Below, piece by piece: positions 13,955 through 27,520 of a DNA stretch of 64,000 bases. Below the pieces are notes generated by a model. That model was not told the origin of the DNA. It was given only the letters and a program-made list of their open reading frames with translations, and searched no databases. The stretch is from Mobula hypostoma (taxonomy: Eukaryota), in assembly GCF_963921235.1 (NCBI RefSeq), contig NC_086108.1, positions 63,676,001 through 63,740,000 of the forward strand, given 5' to 3'. A program made the position numbers and the translations under genes. Position 1 is the first letter of the stretch. Each line of letters opens with the position of its first letter.

Positions 13955-14096
13955 GGCACACAAGTAACTGCAAACCTCTACTCAGTGTTGATGGACAAAT
14001 CAGAATGGGAAACACCTGAGGAATTTAATCCTGAACACTTCCCGGACAAAAATTGGAAATTTGTGAGAAAAGAAGCATTTTTCCCTTTCTCTGGAG
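13955..14096 (+). CDS. Cytochrome P450 family 2, exon 8
   Basis: TTAG acceptor ends at 13954, GTAA donor starts at 14097, 142 bp (typical CYP2 exon 8 size). Translates [47 protein letters not shown], including the meander (PERF-like) region. Confidence 0.95.
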
Positions 14097-15653
14097 GTAA
14101 ATGGTTTCATTTATGTCACGGTATATGGCAGAAATTAGTAATTAGTTGAATATTTTAGGAGTGAATGAAAGAAAGAAAGCAGCTTCCTTGTTATTTATTT
14201 GGTTCAAGTTACTTGGATTGTACTGTATATCATGTCCATTTCTGTCGACCTGACAGATTAACCTTTTACATGTGGATCCTTCAATAGTTTTGATAGAATG
14301 GATACTACCACTTGGAGAATGTTTTAAATCAATCGAGTGAACAGAAGTTCGTAATCTTTGTGAGGAAAGTGGCTACAAACTTTTAGCTTCTTCATAATGC
14401 TATTTTGTGCTAATAACACAAATGAAAATCTTCATATTCACCATCATTATTCTGACATTTTTATTTTATCTAGCCAACTATAAAGGCAACTTTCATCTCA
14501 TTTCTGAATATATTATTTATTTTCTAAGATAAGAGCCTGAAAATATTGAGGGAACAGACTATTTTGAAAAACGATCTAGTGCTTTCCTGGTGTATGTGAC
14601 AAATAAACTCTTTTTGGGTTTCCCGGTACAGTTATTGATTATAACTGATATTTCAATGACAGACTCTGCCATCTTCATCAGGGATGATACCTGGGCTTGT
14701 CTTATCCCGTGGTATTTATGTTGTTTATTAAATAGATTATTTTTGCTTGATCATTTACCAACTTCTTTGGTTTGTTATGATATTATCCAATTGATATTAT
14801 CCTTCCAGGAAGTGTTCTACATGAATAGTCTTTGGCCTTCTAGGTACCAGGTGGTGTTCCAGAAAGTGGAACCATTTCACTTTCCCCAATACCGTGACTG
14901 TAATATGCCTGCCGTGCTGTTCAAACCACATACCTCCTTCCAATACACTCTGGATATGGTCAGATATGAGCTGCCATTATATATGAAGCATTTGATCATG
15001 CTTATTTATCTGCGTTGTATTAGTTCCTTCAGGATAATTCTCCCATCCAGACCAAACTATTACCATTGAAAACGTGAAGTTTAGTTTGGCTTAAGAACAA
15101 CTGCTTTTTTCACTTAAAGCAGTTCAATATATTCACTTTTTTTGAGAAATGGTATTAAAATTAAACTGATGTGGATATCAGAAGATGGATTTGCTTGACA
15201 TTTTTTTAATGGATACAAATTAAAATGAATGTGTATTAAAAATTAAGTTAAACCAACTTTCTGCACTTGCAGTAAGATACGTCCATTCATATTTTTAAAT
15301 GGTGTTCATAGTGGAAACCAAGCAAATTATTTCTAGGCTCCATTCCTTTCTAATCTAAGTAATGTATTCTGAGGGAATTGCTGATCCAATTGATTCAAAT
15401 CCAGACTAAGGTCAGCCAATGAAAGAAACTCTTCTTCATTTGTGAAGATATTTTCTGAATCTTATTCAGGAACCACTGATTGCAAAGATTATACTTCAGC
15501 CCCAAAAATTATGTTATGATTGAGCAGATAAAGAGAAGATTGTGCTGGGTATTTATACTCGGGGTGCTTCAATATTTATTCTCAGTGCCGGTGAATAGAA
15601 AGATTATTTCACATGCCTGTAATTATATAATGCATATGTCTATTCATTTGCAG

Positions 15654-15829
15654 GAAAACGCAACTGCATGGAAGAACCACTGGCTAGAATGCAATTGTTC
15701 CTTTTCTTCACTTCTTTAATGCAGAAGTTCAAATTTGTTTTTCCTGTGGGTGTCAAGCCAAGTTTTGATGCTGTAATGCATCTATTACGTAGCCCTCAGC
15801 CATACAAGATATGCGCAGTTCCACGCTGA
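15654..15829 (+). CDS. Cytochrome P450 family 2, terminal exon 9 (heme-ligand Cys)
   Basis: TTTGCAG acceptor. In frame with exon 8 it gives GKRNCMEEPLARMQLFLFFTSLMQKF...PQPYKICAVPR*. The C-terminal CAVPR resembles CYP2D/2J-type ends. Confidence 0.95.
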
Positions 15830-15967
15830 ACCAAGGGAGCAGTAGTATCTATTGTATGACACAATACCTTGGCTCCTTGGACCAGCTTTCTATCTCTCCT
15901 CTTTGCAACTCTGAATCCTCTTTAACTCAAGATCACTAAGAAATCTCCCCTTTAAAATCAATGTTTC

Positions 15968-15973
15968 AATAAA
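15968..15973 (+). promoter_or_regulatory. Probable polyadenylation signal of the CYP2 gene
   Basis: AATAAA about 140 nt downstream of the stop codon. Confidence 0.6.
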
Positions 15974-17664
15974 TGTGTTATGCTGTGGAAACATGAGGAA
16001 AGGAAGCATTCATTTGTAAAGAAGATCAGAACATTCTCTCGATTTAATACTTCTGAAGTAACTAAGTATTTCTTTCTGGGTCAGCTCTTCCTGCTAATCA
16101 AGGCTAAGAACAACCATCTAACTTCTCTTTAGTCTCTCCCCCACATCTTTCCATCCAACAACTGTTCATTGACAGCATCATCTGAAGGCATAAGCCAGTT
16201 TTTGCGTAGAAGCCCATGACACATTACAATATCTCTTTCTTTTTAAATCTTTTTATTAAATTAGTACACAAAAGGTAAACCATATAGGCGCTGATACACA
16301 GTTGCAATATAACTTTACAAGAAATATTAATACACAAAAAAGTTAGTACAAGCAGTGCAGTTTAGATATAAAATAACCAGGTAATATAATAGTATACTAA
16401 TTTTCAACAATATCTCTAAATACTCATATCTTCTGTATGTCCTGATGAAAGGTGTTAGTCCATTAACTCTTTATTCCTCTTCATAGAGGCTGCCCGGCCT
16501 GCTGAGTTCCTTCAGCATCGTCTGTGTGTTACTCTGGATTTCCAGCATCTGCAGAATCTCTTGTATTTAGTTCTTCCTTCACTACTGTATAAGCAGAAAT
16601 TTCACAATTTCACAAATCAGTCTTGCTACAAGTTCTTCAGCCAATGCCAATTCCACTTCCTTCTCTAATACTTGTCTGAATTAGACCATTTTTTAAACCT
16701 TCGAATAGATTACTTATATGTTCCTAAGCAAAAATACTTACTTCTCCTGTAGAACAATAATATTAAGGCCAACAGAGAAGATTTGAATAACTCACAATTG
16801 ACCAGAGTCATTACTAGAATCATAAACTAACTTGAAGCCATTAGGAGCTAATCATCTCTACCATGATTCTTGCCCAGAACAGAATCAGGGGAATGTTTTG
16901 GGTGTAAACATCTTCAAATGCTTAATTCTTAATCATCCTTACATGCAAATTCAAATTGCATTTGCATCCTCTGAGATTAGTGTAGTGGGTATGTGCTTGC
17001 GTAAACTTGGACAGTATTCAGCTCTGGGCAGGTAAGTAGCATGTTATATTCACAATGCACAAACTTGTGGCTATAAAAATCTACAAGAGAAAGTCTCACC
17101 ACTGTTCTTTGACTTTCAACAAAATCACTACTGTTAAATCCCCAATTATCAAGATACTTGGAAATACAGATTGGATTGGTTAAAACTTAACTGGATTGGT
17201 TAACTAAATACTGTGGTTACAAGAATAGGTGAAAGACAGGATATGTTATGATGCATGACTCCCATTTTGGTTCCCTCAAGACACAACTCAGGGGAGCGAT
17301 AGAAGGCAAAATTAGTGCAGCTCCTCCACCATTAAGACATTTAAAACCATCCCATATATGCAACTCATTTGCTTGTCACCACATCCCCCACTCTTGTACA
17401 TTTATTCTCTCCACTATCAGCAAATTACATCTTGACTATAATGTACATCATTACAAAATTATTATTCTGACTTACAAGGCTTGTTTGGTAACACTTACCA
17501 TATCCCTAGCTGCTATCTACCTCAAAAGAGAAAATTAGAGATTTTATAAGAATATCAACACCAAGTAGCTTCCCATCAAGTTTCATGTCATTCTGATTCA
17601 GAAAGTTTTTTTATGTTCTTTGGTTCATCAAAATTCTGAACTCCCTACCTGACAGTACAGTTGG

Positions 17665-19240
17665 TAAACACAAGAAATTCTGCAGATGTGGAAAATCCAA
17701 AGCAACATGCACTATGCTGGGAGGAACTCAGTAGGTCAAGCAGCATCAATGGAAATGAACAAACAATCAACATTTTGGGCAGAGACCCTTCTTCAGGACT
17801 GGAAAGGAATGAGGAAGATATTGGTTGGGGCAGTTTGTTTCTATAGGTTGAGACAGAAATTGAGAAAGGACAAGGAGATATCAGAAATATATCAAGTGAA
17901 TTTAAGAGTAGGGTGGAAGCTGAAGACGAAGTTGGTGAACTTGACGAGCTCAGCACGGGCACATGAAGCAGCCCAAAGCAGGTATCAACGTAGTGGAGGA
18001 AGAGTTGGGAAATGTTACCAGGGAAGGCATGGAACATTGACTGTTCTACATAGCCAATGAATAAGTGGGCAAAGCTGGGGCCCATGTGGGTGCCCATGGT
18101 CACCCCTCAAGTCTAGAGAAAATGGAAGGAGCTGAAGGAGAAATTGTTGAAGGCGAAGACAGTTCTGCCTGATGAAGGAGGGTGGTGATAGAGCGAAACT
18201 AGTTGGTCCTTTTATTGACAAAGAAGCAGAAAGTTTTAAGGCCTTCTTGTTGGGGAATAGAAGTGTATAGGGACTGGACACCCGTGGTGAAAATGAGGTG
18301 GTCAGGGCAGGAAATTGAAAGTTAGTGAGGAGAGCGCGAGCATGAGAAATGTCATGGATGTTGGTGGGAAGGGACTGAACCAAGGAGGATAGAATGGTGT
18401 GAGGTATGAGGACATAAGTTCAGTGGGGCAGGAGCTTGATGAGATCTGTGATGGTCTTGCAGACAGTTTTCTGATGGTTCTGAGTGGAGTCCTCTTCAAG
18501 GGGTAGGCATGAGGAGGTGGCTGTGAATTGTTGCCAGGCTTCATCAAGATAGAGTTCAGTGTGCCACACTGCAGTGTAACCCCTTTCACTGCAGGTTTGA
18601 TGGCAAGGTTAGGACTGGTGTATAGAGAGTGGAGAACAGTGTATTCAGAGGGAGTAAGTTTTGAGGAGGAGAGAGGAGTGCTGAGGTTGAGCCGGCTGAT
18701 ATCTTATTGGCAATTAGAGACTAAAAGATGCAGTGAAGGCAGGGAACCAATGTGGGGAATCCAAGAAGAGGAGGAGCATTGGAGATGGGAGAAGGGATCA
18801 TCAGTGCGGGGTGGGAAATTCTTGCCGAAGAAGTGGGCTTGGAGGTGGAGGTGATGGAAAAGCAGCTTGGTGTTGGGGGACAAAGTCAAGGCCCTTGCTG
18901 AGGTCATCTCAGAGAAGGAAATGGTGAAGACACAGCAGAGATTAGATCTGGCATGAGAATTGGAGGTGTCATAGGAGAAGGGAATTTTGTGGTGTTCAGG
19001 GAAGGTAGGGTGGGACGAAGATGGTGGCTCCGAGGACCCAAGAAGTGACCTTGGATCCTGAGGGACCTGGAATTGGAGGGTGGTGGTGGTGGTGGGGGAA
19101 GGGGAGACTGGAGGCCCAGCAGCAGCGAGGTAGGTTGAGGCTGGAGCAAGATCTAAACACTGCACGTTTTGCAGTCTGATAGCATCTAGGGTCACAGGAA
19201 CCAGCATTGGTGATGATAGAATCTGAGGTCTGGATCCCCT
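17665..19240 (-). mobile_element. Decayed, internally deleted Penelope-like element
   Basis: MGTHMGPSFAHLFIGYVEQSMF and LQAHFFGK...DDPFSHLQ match the PLE at 1658-4685; pseudo-LTR with hammerhead relic at 17766-17800. Confidence 0.85.
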
Positions 19241-20789
19241 TCGATCCAGTACAATCGGTATATTTTTATCACAATTCAATTATGGGATATGGTTCAAAAC
19301 CATGCATTACCATCACTTTCTCAAACGTCTCTCTGGGGTAAGCATGATATGCTGGACCTGCTGTCAATACCCATATCCCATAACTGCATTTTAAAGAAGA
19401 ATGGCTTCATCACTTGCATATTTATCCACTTTACTTAATGCTGTCCTGCCCCTTCTTTCACCAACTCCAATATGCAATGTGTTGCCATGTGCATCTTGTC
19501 TACTTGAGCACTCAGTCATTGTGATTCAGTCCCAATAATCCACATCAGCTCATGGCATATTGAATAAATAGCCTTAAATCTTCTTGCGCTTTCCCCCTGC
19601 CCTGTTCCTGCATCCCACTCCACCTGTCTGCCCTCTCCATCCTCTGTTTCTTTAGTTCCCACATTTTATACATCCAGTCCACTCTTGGTATTAGCCATCC
19701 AGGCCCAAATATGTGGAATTTTCTTTCTTAATGCCTACAATTCCTTCTCCAATCTGTTATAAAAATAAATATTGCTGTTCCTCTGTTCTGAGAATTCTTT
19801 GGTCACTCTCAATCTCTTCTGCAAGAGCATCATATTCTTGATGACAATCAGTGAAGCAATTCCAGACACTTAACTGGAAACAAATATTATAAGTTTCAGC
19901 ATATCACCCTTATTACGTTATAACATTTAACTAGTCACATGAAGGATCTTTTTTAATTGTTGTGAGTAGATTTTAAAATGTAGCATTCCTAACATAAGGA
20001 CTACAGTAGAAACTTTGAATTTGGGTATGGAAATCATGTTTAATGTATAAGCATACAATTTCTGAGGAGAGTATGCATTACATTCCAAGTATTCACTTCA
20101 GTATGTAATGAATCCCATGTCTGGCTTCCAGCTGCAATGTGGAATCTGGTTTTGAAAACCCTGACATTTAAAATGTAGCTGATATTGTGTTCTGAAGAAT
20201 TTATGTTAACAATAAGTGCCAATAGAACAGAATACAGCTTATTTTGGATGAATCTTTTTGTCTACATGTTAAATGAGAACAAAAGCAAAGCTAATTCCTG
20301 TGAATAAGGTAGCTATCTATAGAATGGGAAAACATTACTATAAAGAATCAACCATCATACCAGCAGTGTTTCCCATTGCTGTGTGAAAATTGGACAACAG
20401 CTTTTGAGCACAACATTTGACAATTAAATGCATAAATCAAAAAATTATGTGTAGGCTTTTCTCAAAACTTGAATCTAGTTCTTCACATACTGTATATTGA
20501 ATCATGTGAAGTCGTAGATATTGCCTTGCAGATTGAACGTATTAGTATATTTGAGGTTTTGTAAGTACCCATATAATATTATTATGAGGTGTCATTAATA
20601 AAAGTGAAATAATCTCTCTGGCAATGAAAATCAAATTTTCATCTGTGTAGACTTATTTTTCAGGTTTTAACAATTGTGTGTGATTAAAAAAAACATAAAA
20701 GAAGCAAAAAGCCTCAAATTTACATTTTATCAGTTAATTTTAAATAACTTGTTCTTTCTTTACCACTCTTCAAGGGCAAGAGGTAGAAG

Positions 20790-23110
20790 AAAGGAAACTA
20801 TAGTTAGTCTGACCTCATTGATGGAGTCAATTATTAAGGATGGGGTTTCAGGGTACTTGGAGGCACATAATAAAATAGGCCATAGTTTGCATGGTTTCCT
20901 CAAGAGAAAATCTTGCCTGACAAATCTGTTGGAATTCTTTGAATAAATAACAAGCAGGAACATCGGTTGATTTTGTATCCTTGAATTTTCAGAAGGCCTT
21001 TGACAAGGTGCCACACATGAGGCTGCTTAACGAGGAAAGATTCTAGCATGGATAAAGCGGTAGCTGATTGACAGGAGGCAAAGAGCGGAAATAAAGGGAG
21101 TCTTTTCTGGCTGACTGCCAGTGACTGGTGATGCTCCACAGGGTCTGTACCGGGACTGATTCATTTATTTTGTATGTCAATGATTTGGATGATGGAATTG
21201 ATGGCTTTGCTGCAAAGTTTGTAGATGATATGAAGGTAGAGTGCCCATAAAAAGTATTGCCCCTCCCCCTGGAAGTTTTCATGTCTTATTGTTTTACAAC
21301 ATTGAATCAGTGGATTTAATCTGGCTTTTTAGACACTGATCAACAGAAAAGATTCTTTTGTGTCAAAATGAAAACAAATTTCTGCAAATTGTTCTAATTA
21401 TTAAACCCAAACTAATTGATTGTATAATTACTCAACCCCTTCAAGTCAGTATTTAGTAGATGCACCTTTGGCAGCAATTGCAGCTTTGAGTTTATGTGGA
21501 TAGGTTTCTATCTGGACACGCAATTTTTCCCCATTCTTTACAAAACTGCTCAAGTTTTGTCAGATTGCTTAGGGATCGTGTGTGAACAGCCGTTTTCAAG
21601 TCCATCCACAAGTTGTCAATTGGATTGAGGTATGGACTCTGACTTGGCCACTCCAGAACATAAACTTTGTTGATTTTAAGCAATTCCTGTGTAGCTGTGG
21701 CTTTATACTTGGGGTCATTGTCTTGCTGGAAAACAAATCTCCTCCCAAGTCTCAGTTCGCTTGCAGATTGCATCATGTTTTCCTCCTGATTTCCAGGTAT
21801 TTTGCTGCATTAATGTTACCCTCTGGTTTCACAAGTCTTCCTGAGCCTGCTGCTGTGAAGCATCGCCACAGCATGATGCAGCCACCACCTTCCTTCACGG
21901 TAGAGATGGTGCATCCTTCTGCTGACTCATGCTTCCTCAGAACTACTTGTCCCTCCCCCTATGTTTGTATCATCTGCAAAGATGGCCACACATCATCAAT
22001 TCTGTCATCCAGATCGTTGACATATAATATGAAAAGTAGCGACCCAACACCAGCGACTACAGAAGTCTTCATCAGCAGGCAAACAGAAACGTTCCGTTTA
22101 TTTGCACTCTTTGCATTCTGCCAGGCAGCCAATTTTGTGTCCATGGTAGTATCTTTGCTGTAGAGAATGGGCAAAGAAATGGCAGATGGAAGACACTGTA
22201 AGGAAATGTATGGCCATGCATTTTGATACAAAGAATAAAGGCATAGGAAATTATCTAAATGGGCAGCGTATTCTGAAATCAGAGGTGCAAAGGGACTTGA
22301 GAGACCTAGTACAGGATTACCTAAAGGTTAACTTGACTTGCAGGTTGAGTCAGTAGTAAGGAAGGCAAATACAATGTTATCATTCATTTCAAGAGGACTA
22401 GAATATAAAAATAATGATGTAATGCTGAGGCTTTATAAGGCATTGGCCAAACCACATATGGAGTATTGTGAGCATGTTTGGACCCCATTTCTAATACTGG
22501 CACTGGAGAGGGTCCAGAGGAGGTTTATGAAAATTGTCATGGGAATGAAAGGGTTAATGTATGAGACGTATTTAATAGCTGTTGGCCCATATTCACTGGA
22601 ATTTAGAAGAATGAGGGAAATCTCTTTTAAACCTACTGAATATTGAAAGGCCTAAATAGAGTAATGGGAGAGCCGAGGACGGGAAGACACAGCATCAGAA
22701 TATGAGGACATAAGTTTACAACAGAAGGAAGGAGGAATTTCTTTAGCCTGTAGGTTGTGAATCTGTAGAATTTATTGCCACAGACAGCTGTACAGTCCAA
22801 GTCACTGAGTATTTATAATCGCAAGTCAATAGGTCCTTCATTATTAGGGGTTTCAAAAGTAATGGGAAGAAGTGGAGAATGGGTTGACAGGGAAAATAAT
22901 CCAGCCATAATAATCCAGTGGTCTAAGATTACAGTGGGATCTAGGCCAACCTAATGAAGTGGGCCTAGGAACGGCAGATGGAATTTAACTTGGACAAGTG
23001 TGAGGTGTTATACTTCGGTAAGTTAAACCAGTGCAGGATTTGCACAGTAGGTGCCATGGCTCTGAGGAGTATTGTAGAATGAAGAGACAAAGGGATACAA
23101 GTTCATAGAT
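20790..23110 (+). mobile_element. CR1 fragments interrupted by a Tc1 fragment and an inverted CR1 piece (about 21910-22160)
   Basis: KSCLTNLLEFFE and LYKALAKPHMEYC peptides. Confidence 0.8.
21237..21910 (-). mobile_element. Tc1-like DNA transposon, 3' half with one TIR
   Basis: FVFQQDNDPKY...VLEWPSQSPYLNPIDNLW transposase motifs; TIR-like end at about 21237. Confidence 0.9.
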
Positions 23111-23249
23111 TCTGATCATAACATGCTAATGAATGAATCACTGATCTGTTCATTGCAATTATTTTCATTGACGTGGATCTTGCAAGGACACAGAATGACA
23201 GGGAAGCTGCAGAACTTAGTCATGGAAACATAGTTCATTGAATATTTTA

Positions 23250-26200
23250 AAAAATTTTTTGAGGATGTGACTAAACACATTGATGGAGTTAGAGCAGTAG
23301 ATGTAGTGTATATGGATTTCAGCAAGGCATTTGATAAGGTACACCGTGCAAGGCTGATTGAGAAAGTAAGGAGGCATGGGATCCAAGGGGATATTGCTTT
23401 GTGGATCCAGAATTGGCTTACCACAGAGTGGTTGTACACGGGTCATATTCTGTTTGGAGGTTGGTGCCTCAAGGATCAGTTCTGGAACCCCTACTCTTCG
23501 TAATTTTTATAAATGACCTGGATGAGGAAGTGGATGGATAGGTTAGTAAATTTGCTGATGACACAAAGGTTGGGGGTGTTGTGGGTAGTGTGGAGGGCTG
23601 TTACAGGTTACAGCGGGACAATGATAGGATGCAAAACTGGGCTGAGAAGTGGCAGATGGAGTTCAACCCAGATAAGTGTGAGGTGGTTCATTTTGGTAGG
23701 ACAAATATGACGGCAGAATATAGTATTAATAGAACATAGAACATAGAATATTACAGCACAGTACAGGCCCTTCGGCCCACAATGTTGTGCTGACCTTCAA
23801 ACCCTGCCTCCCATATAAGTCCCCAACTTAAATTCCTCCATATACCTGTCCAGTAGTCTCTTAAACTTCACTAGTGCATCTGCCTCCACCACTGACTCAG
23901 GCAGTGCATTCCACGCACCAATCACTCTCTGAATAAAAAACCTTCCTCTGATATCACCCTTGAACCTCCCACCCCTTACCTTAAAGCCATGTATTGAGCA
24001 GTGGTGCCCTGGGGAAGAGGCGCTGGCTATCCACTCTATCTATTCCTCTTATTATCTTGTACACCTCTATCATGTCTCCTCTCATCCTCCTTCTCTCCAA
24101 AGAGTAAAGCCCCAGCTCCCTTAATCTCTGATCATAATCCATACTCTCTAATCCAGGCAGCAGCCTGGTAAATCTCCTCTGTACCCTTCCCAATGCTTCC
24201 ACATCCTTCCTATAGTGAGGCGACCAGAACTGGACACAGTACTCCAAGTGTGGCCTAACCAGAGTTTTATAGAGATGCATCATTACATCGCGACTCTTAA
24301 ACTCTATCCCTCGATTTATGAAAGCTAACACCCCATAAGCTTTCTTAACTACCCTATCCACCTGTGAGGCAACTTTCAGGGATCTGTGGACATGTACACC
24401 CAGATCCCTCTGCTCCTCCAAACTACCAAGTATCCTGCCATTTATTTTGTACTCTGCCTTGGAGTTTGTCCTTCCAAAGTGTACCACCTCACACTTCTCT
24501 GGGTTGAATTCCATCTGCCACTTCTCAGCCCACTTCTGCATCCTATCAATGTCTCTCTGCAATCTTTGACAATCCTCTACAATATCTACAACACCACCCA
24601 CCTTTGTGTCATCTGCAAACTCGCCAACCCACCCTTCTACCCCAACATCCAGGTCATTAATAAAAATCACGAAAAGTAGAGGTCCCAGATCAGATCCTAG
24701 TCACAATCCTCCAATCTGAATGTACTCCCTCCACCATGACCCACAAGTTCTAGCCTAATAGCCTCATAATTTGCCCTTCCCCGATTAAAAATTTTCCTGT
24801 CCTCTCTGATTCTGTCCTTTTCCATGATGATGCTAAAGGTCAGTGAGCAGTGGTCACTGTCCCCCAGTTACTCACCCACTGAGAGATCTGTGAGTGACCC
24901 GGTTCATTACCTAGTACTAGATCTAGTATGGCATTCCCCCTAGTCGGCTTGTCCACATACTGTGACAGGAATCCATCATGGACACACTTAACAAACTCTG
25001 CCCCATCTAAACCCTTGGAACTAATCAGGTGCCAATCAATATTAGGGAAGTTAAAGTCACCCATGATAACAACCCTGTTATTTTTGCACCTTTCCAAAAT
25101 CTGCCTCCCAATCTGCTCCTCTGTATCTCTGCTGCTACCAGGGGGCCTATAGAATACCCCCAATAGAGTAGCTGCTCCCTTCCTGTTCCTGACTTCCACC
25201 CATATTGACTCAAAAGAGGATCCTGCTACATTACCCACCCTTTCTGTATCTGTAATAGTACCCCTGACCAGTAATGCCACCCCTCCTCCCCTTTTTCCAT
25301 CCTCTCTATCCCTTTTAAAACACTGAAATCCAGGAATATTGAGAATCCGTTCCTGCCCTGGTGCCAGCCAACTCTCTGTAATGGCCACTACATCATAATT
25401 CCATGTATGTTTCCAAGCTCTCAGTTCATCACCTTTGTTCCTGATGCTTCTTGCATTGAGGTACACACATCTCAGCCCTTCTACCTTACTGTCTTCACAC
25501 GATTTATTCTGCTTCTCTTTCCTCAAAGCCTCTCTATATGTTAGATCTGGCTTTACTCCATGCACTTCTTTCACTGCTCTATCGCTCTGGGTCCCATCCC
25601 CCTTGCAAGTTAGTTTAAACCCTCCCGAACCATGCTAGCAAACCTACCTGCAAAGATATTGGTCCCCCTAGAGTTCAGGTGCAACCCATCCAATCTGTAC
25701 AGGTCCCACCTTCCCCAGAAGAGATCCCAATGATCCAAAAATCTAAAACCCTGCTCCCTGCACCAACTCCTCAGCCACGCATTCAACTGCCATCTCCTCC
25801 AATACTTACCATCACTGTCACGTAGCACTGGCAGCAATCCTGAGAACGCCACCCTTGAGGTCCTGTTCTTCAGCCTTCTGCCTAGTTCCCGAAACTCACA
25901 CTTCAGGACCTCATCCCTCTTCCTGCCTATGTCGTTGGTCCCTACATGTATCATGACTTCTGGTTGCTTTCCCTCTCATACCAGGATGTCGTGCACCCGG
26001 TCAGAGACATCCCAGACCCTGGCATCCTCTTAATGGTAAGACTCTTGGTAGTGTGGAGGATCAGAGGGATCTTGCGTTCTGAGACCATAGGACACTCAAA
26101 TCTGCTGCGCAGTTTGATTCTGTGGTTCAGAAGGCATACGGTGCATTGGCCTTCATCAATCGTGGGATTGAGTTTAGGAGCTGACAGGTAATGTTGCAGC

Positions 26201-26750
26201 TATATAGGACCCTGGTCAGATCCCACTTGGAGTACTGTGCTCAGTTCTGGTCACCTCACTACAGGAAGAATGTGGAAACCATAGAAAGGGTGCAGAGGAG
26301 ATTTACAAGGATATTGCCTAGATTGGGGGGCATACCTTATGAGAAGAGGTTGAGTGAGCTCGGCCTTTTCTCCTTGGAGCAACAGAGGATGAGAGGTGGC
26401 ATGACAGAATTGCATAAGATAATGAGAAGCATTGATCGTGTGGATAGTCAGAGGCTTTTTCGCAGGGCGGAAATGGCTAACATGAGAGGGCACAGTTGTA
26501 AGGTGCTTGAAAGTGGGTACATCGGAGATGTCATGGGTAAGTTTTTTACGCAGAGAGTGCTGGGCTGCCAGCAACGGTGGTGGAGGTGGACGTGATAGGG
26601 TATTTTAAGAGATGCCTGGATAGGTAGATGGAGCTGAGAAGAATAGAGGGCTAGAGGTAGTCCTAGGTAATTTCTAAGGTAAGGCCATAATCGGCACAGT
26701 TTTGTGGGCCGAAGGGCCTATATTGTGCTGTAGGTTTTCTATGTTTTCTG
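23250..26750 (+). mobile_element. CR1 3' portion split by a younger opposite-strand CR1 (host pieces 23250-23730 and about 26030-26750)
   Basis: VDVVYMDFSKAFDKV and LYRTLVRSHLEYCAQFWSP peptides; the sequence rejoins as ...tattaat|ggtaag..., with TTAAT on both sides of the insert. Confidence 0.9.
23731..26025 (-). mobile_element. CR1 LINE with partial ORF1 (SGNH esterase), APE endonuclease and an internally deleted RT
   Basis: ORF1 HVGTND...DGLHLN; endonuclease YLNARS, ITESW, MGDFN, ILDLV; RT C-terminus FADD (23981-24670); (ATGTTCT)n tail at 23731-23748. Confidence 0.95.
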
Positions 26751-26849
26751 AGAGTACCTGGTTGCACACTCACTTGGTCATTTTCAGGAGGGTTCCCCAT
26801 TCTGACCAGGCCCACAATGCCGCTAACCCAGTACACAAATGTTAGCTAG

Positions 26850-27520
26850 AAAATGGATAGGGAGCATACTCTGATTAGTGATAGTCAGCATGGCTTTGTG
26901 AGGGGTAGGCCATTCCTCATGAGCCTTATTGAATTCTTTGAGGAAGTGACAAGACAAATCGATGAAGTGGTACTGTTGGGATTTTAGGAAGGCATTTGAC
27001 AAGGTTCCCCATGGTAGGCTCATTCAGAAAGTCAGGAGGAATGGGGTCCAAGGAAACTTGGCTGTGTGGATTCTGAATTGGTTACCCACATAAGGCAGAA
27101 GGATATAAATGAAGAATATTCTACTTGGAGGTTGGTGACGAGTGATGTTCCGCAGGGATCTGTTCTTGGATCTTTGTGATTCTTTAAAATGATTTGAATG
27201 AGGAAGTGGAAGGATGGGTTAGCAAATTTGCAATTGACACAAAGGTGGGTGGAATAGTGAATAGTGTAGAAAGTTGTTTTAGGCTGCAGTGGGACCTTGA
27301 TTAGGAAGCTGGGCTGTGCTGAAAAGTGACAGATGAACTTCAATCTAGAAAAATGTGAACTGATACCCTTTGGAAGTTCAAACTTGAAGGCAAAACAATG
27401 TTAATGGCAGAATTCCTGGCACTGTGGAGGAACAGAGGGATCTTGAGATCCCATAAAACTGCCATGCAATTTCATAGGGATTTAAGAATGTGTATGGTGT
27501 ATTGGCTTTCATAAGCCGGC
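26850..27520 (+). mobile_element. Decayed CR1 RT fragment
   Basis: Nucleotide similarity to the SQHGF...KAFDKVPH...SKFA region of other CR1 copies here. Confidence 0.8.

Noticed and set aside
14590..15069. 159-aa ORF in CYP2 intron 8
   Set aside because: No recognisable motif, non-ATG start, and it overlaps a repeat relic.
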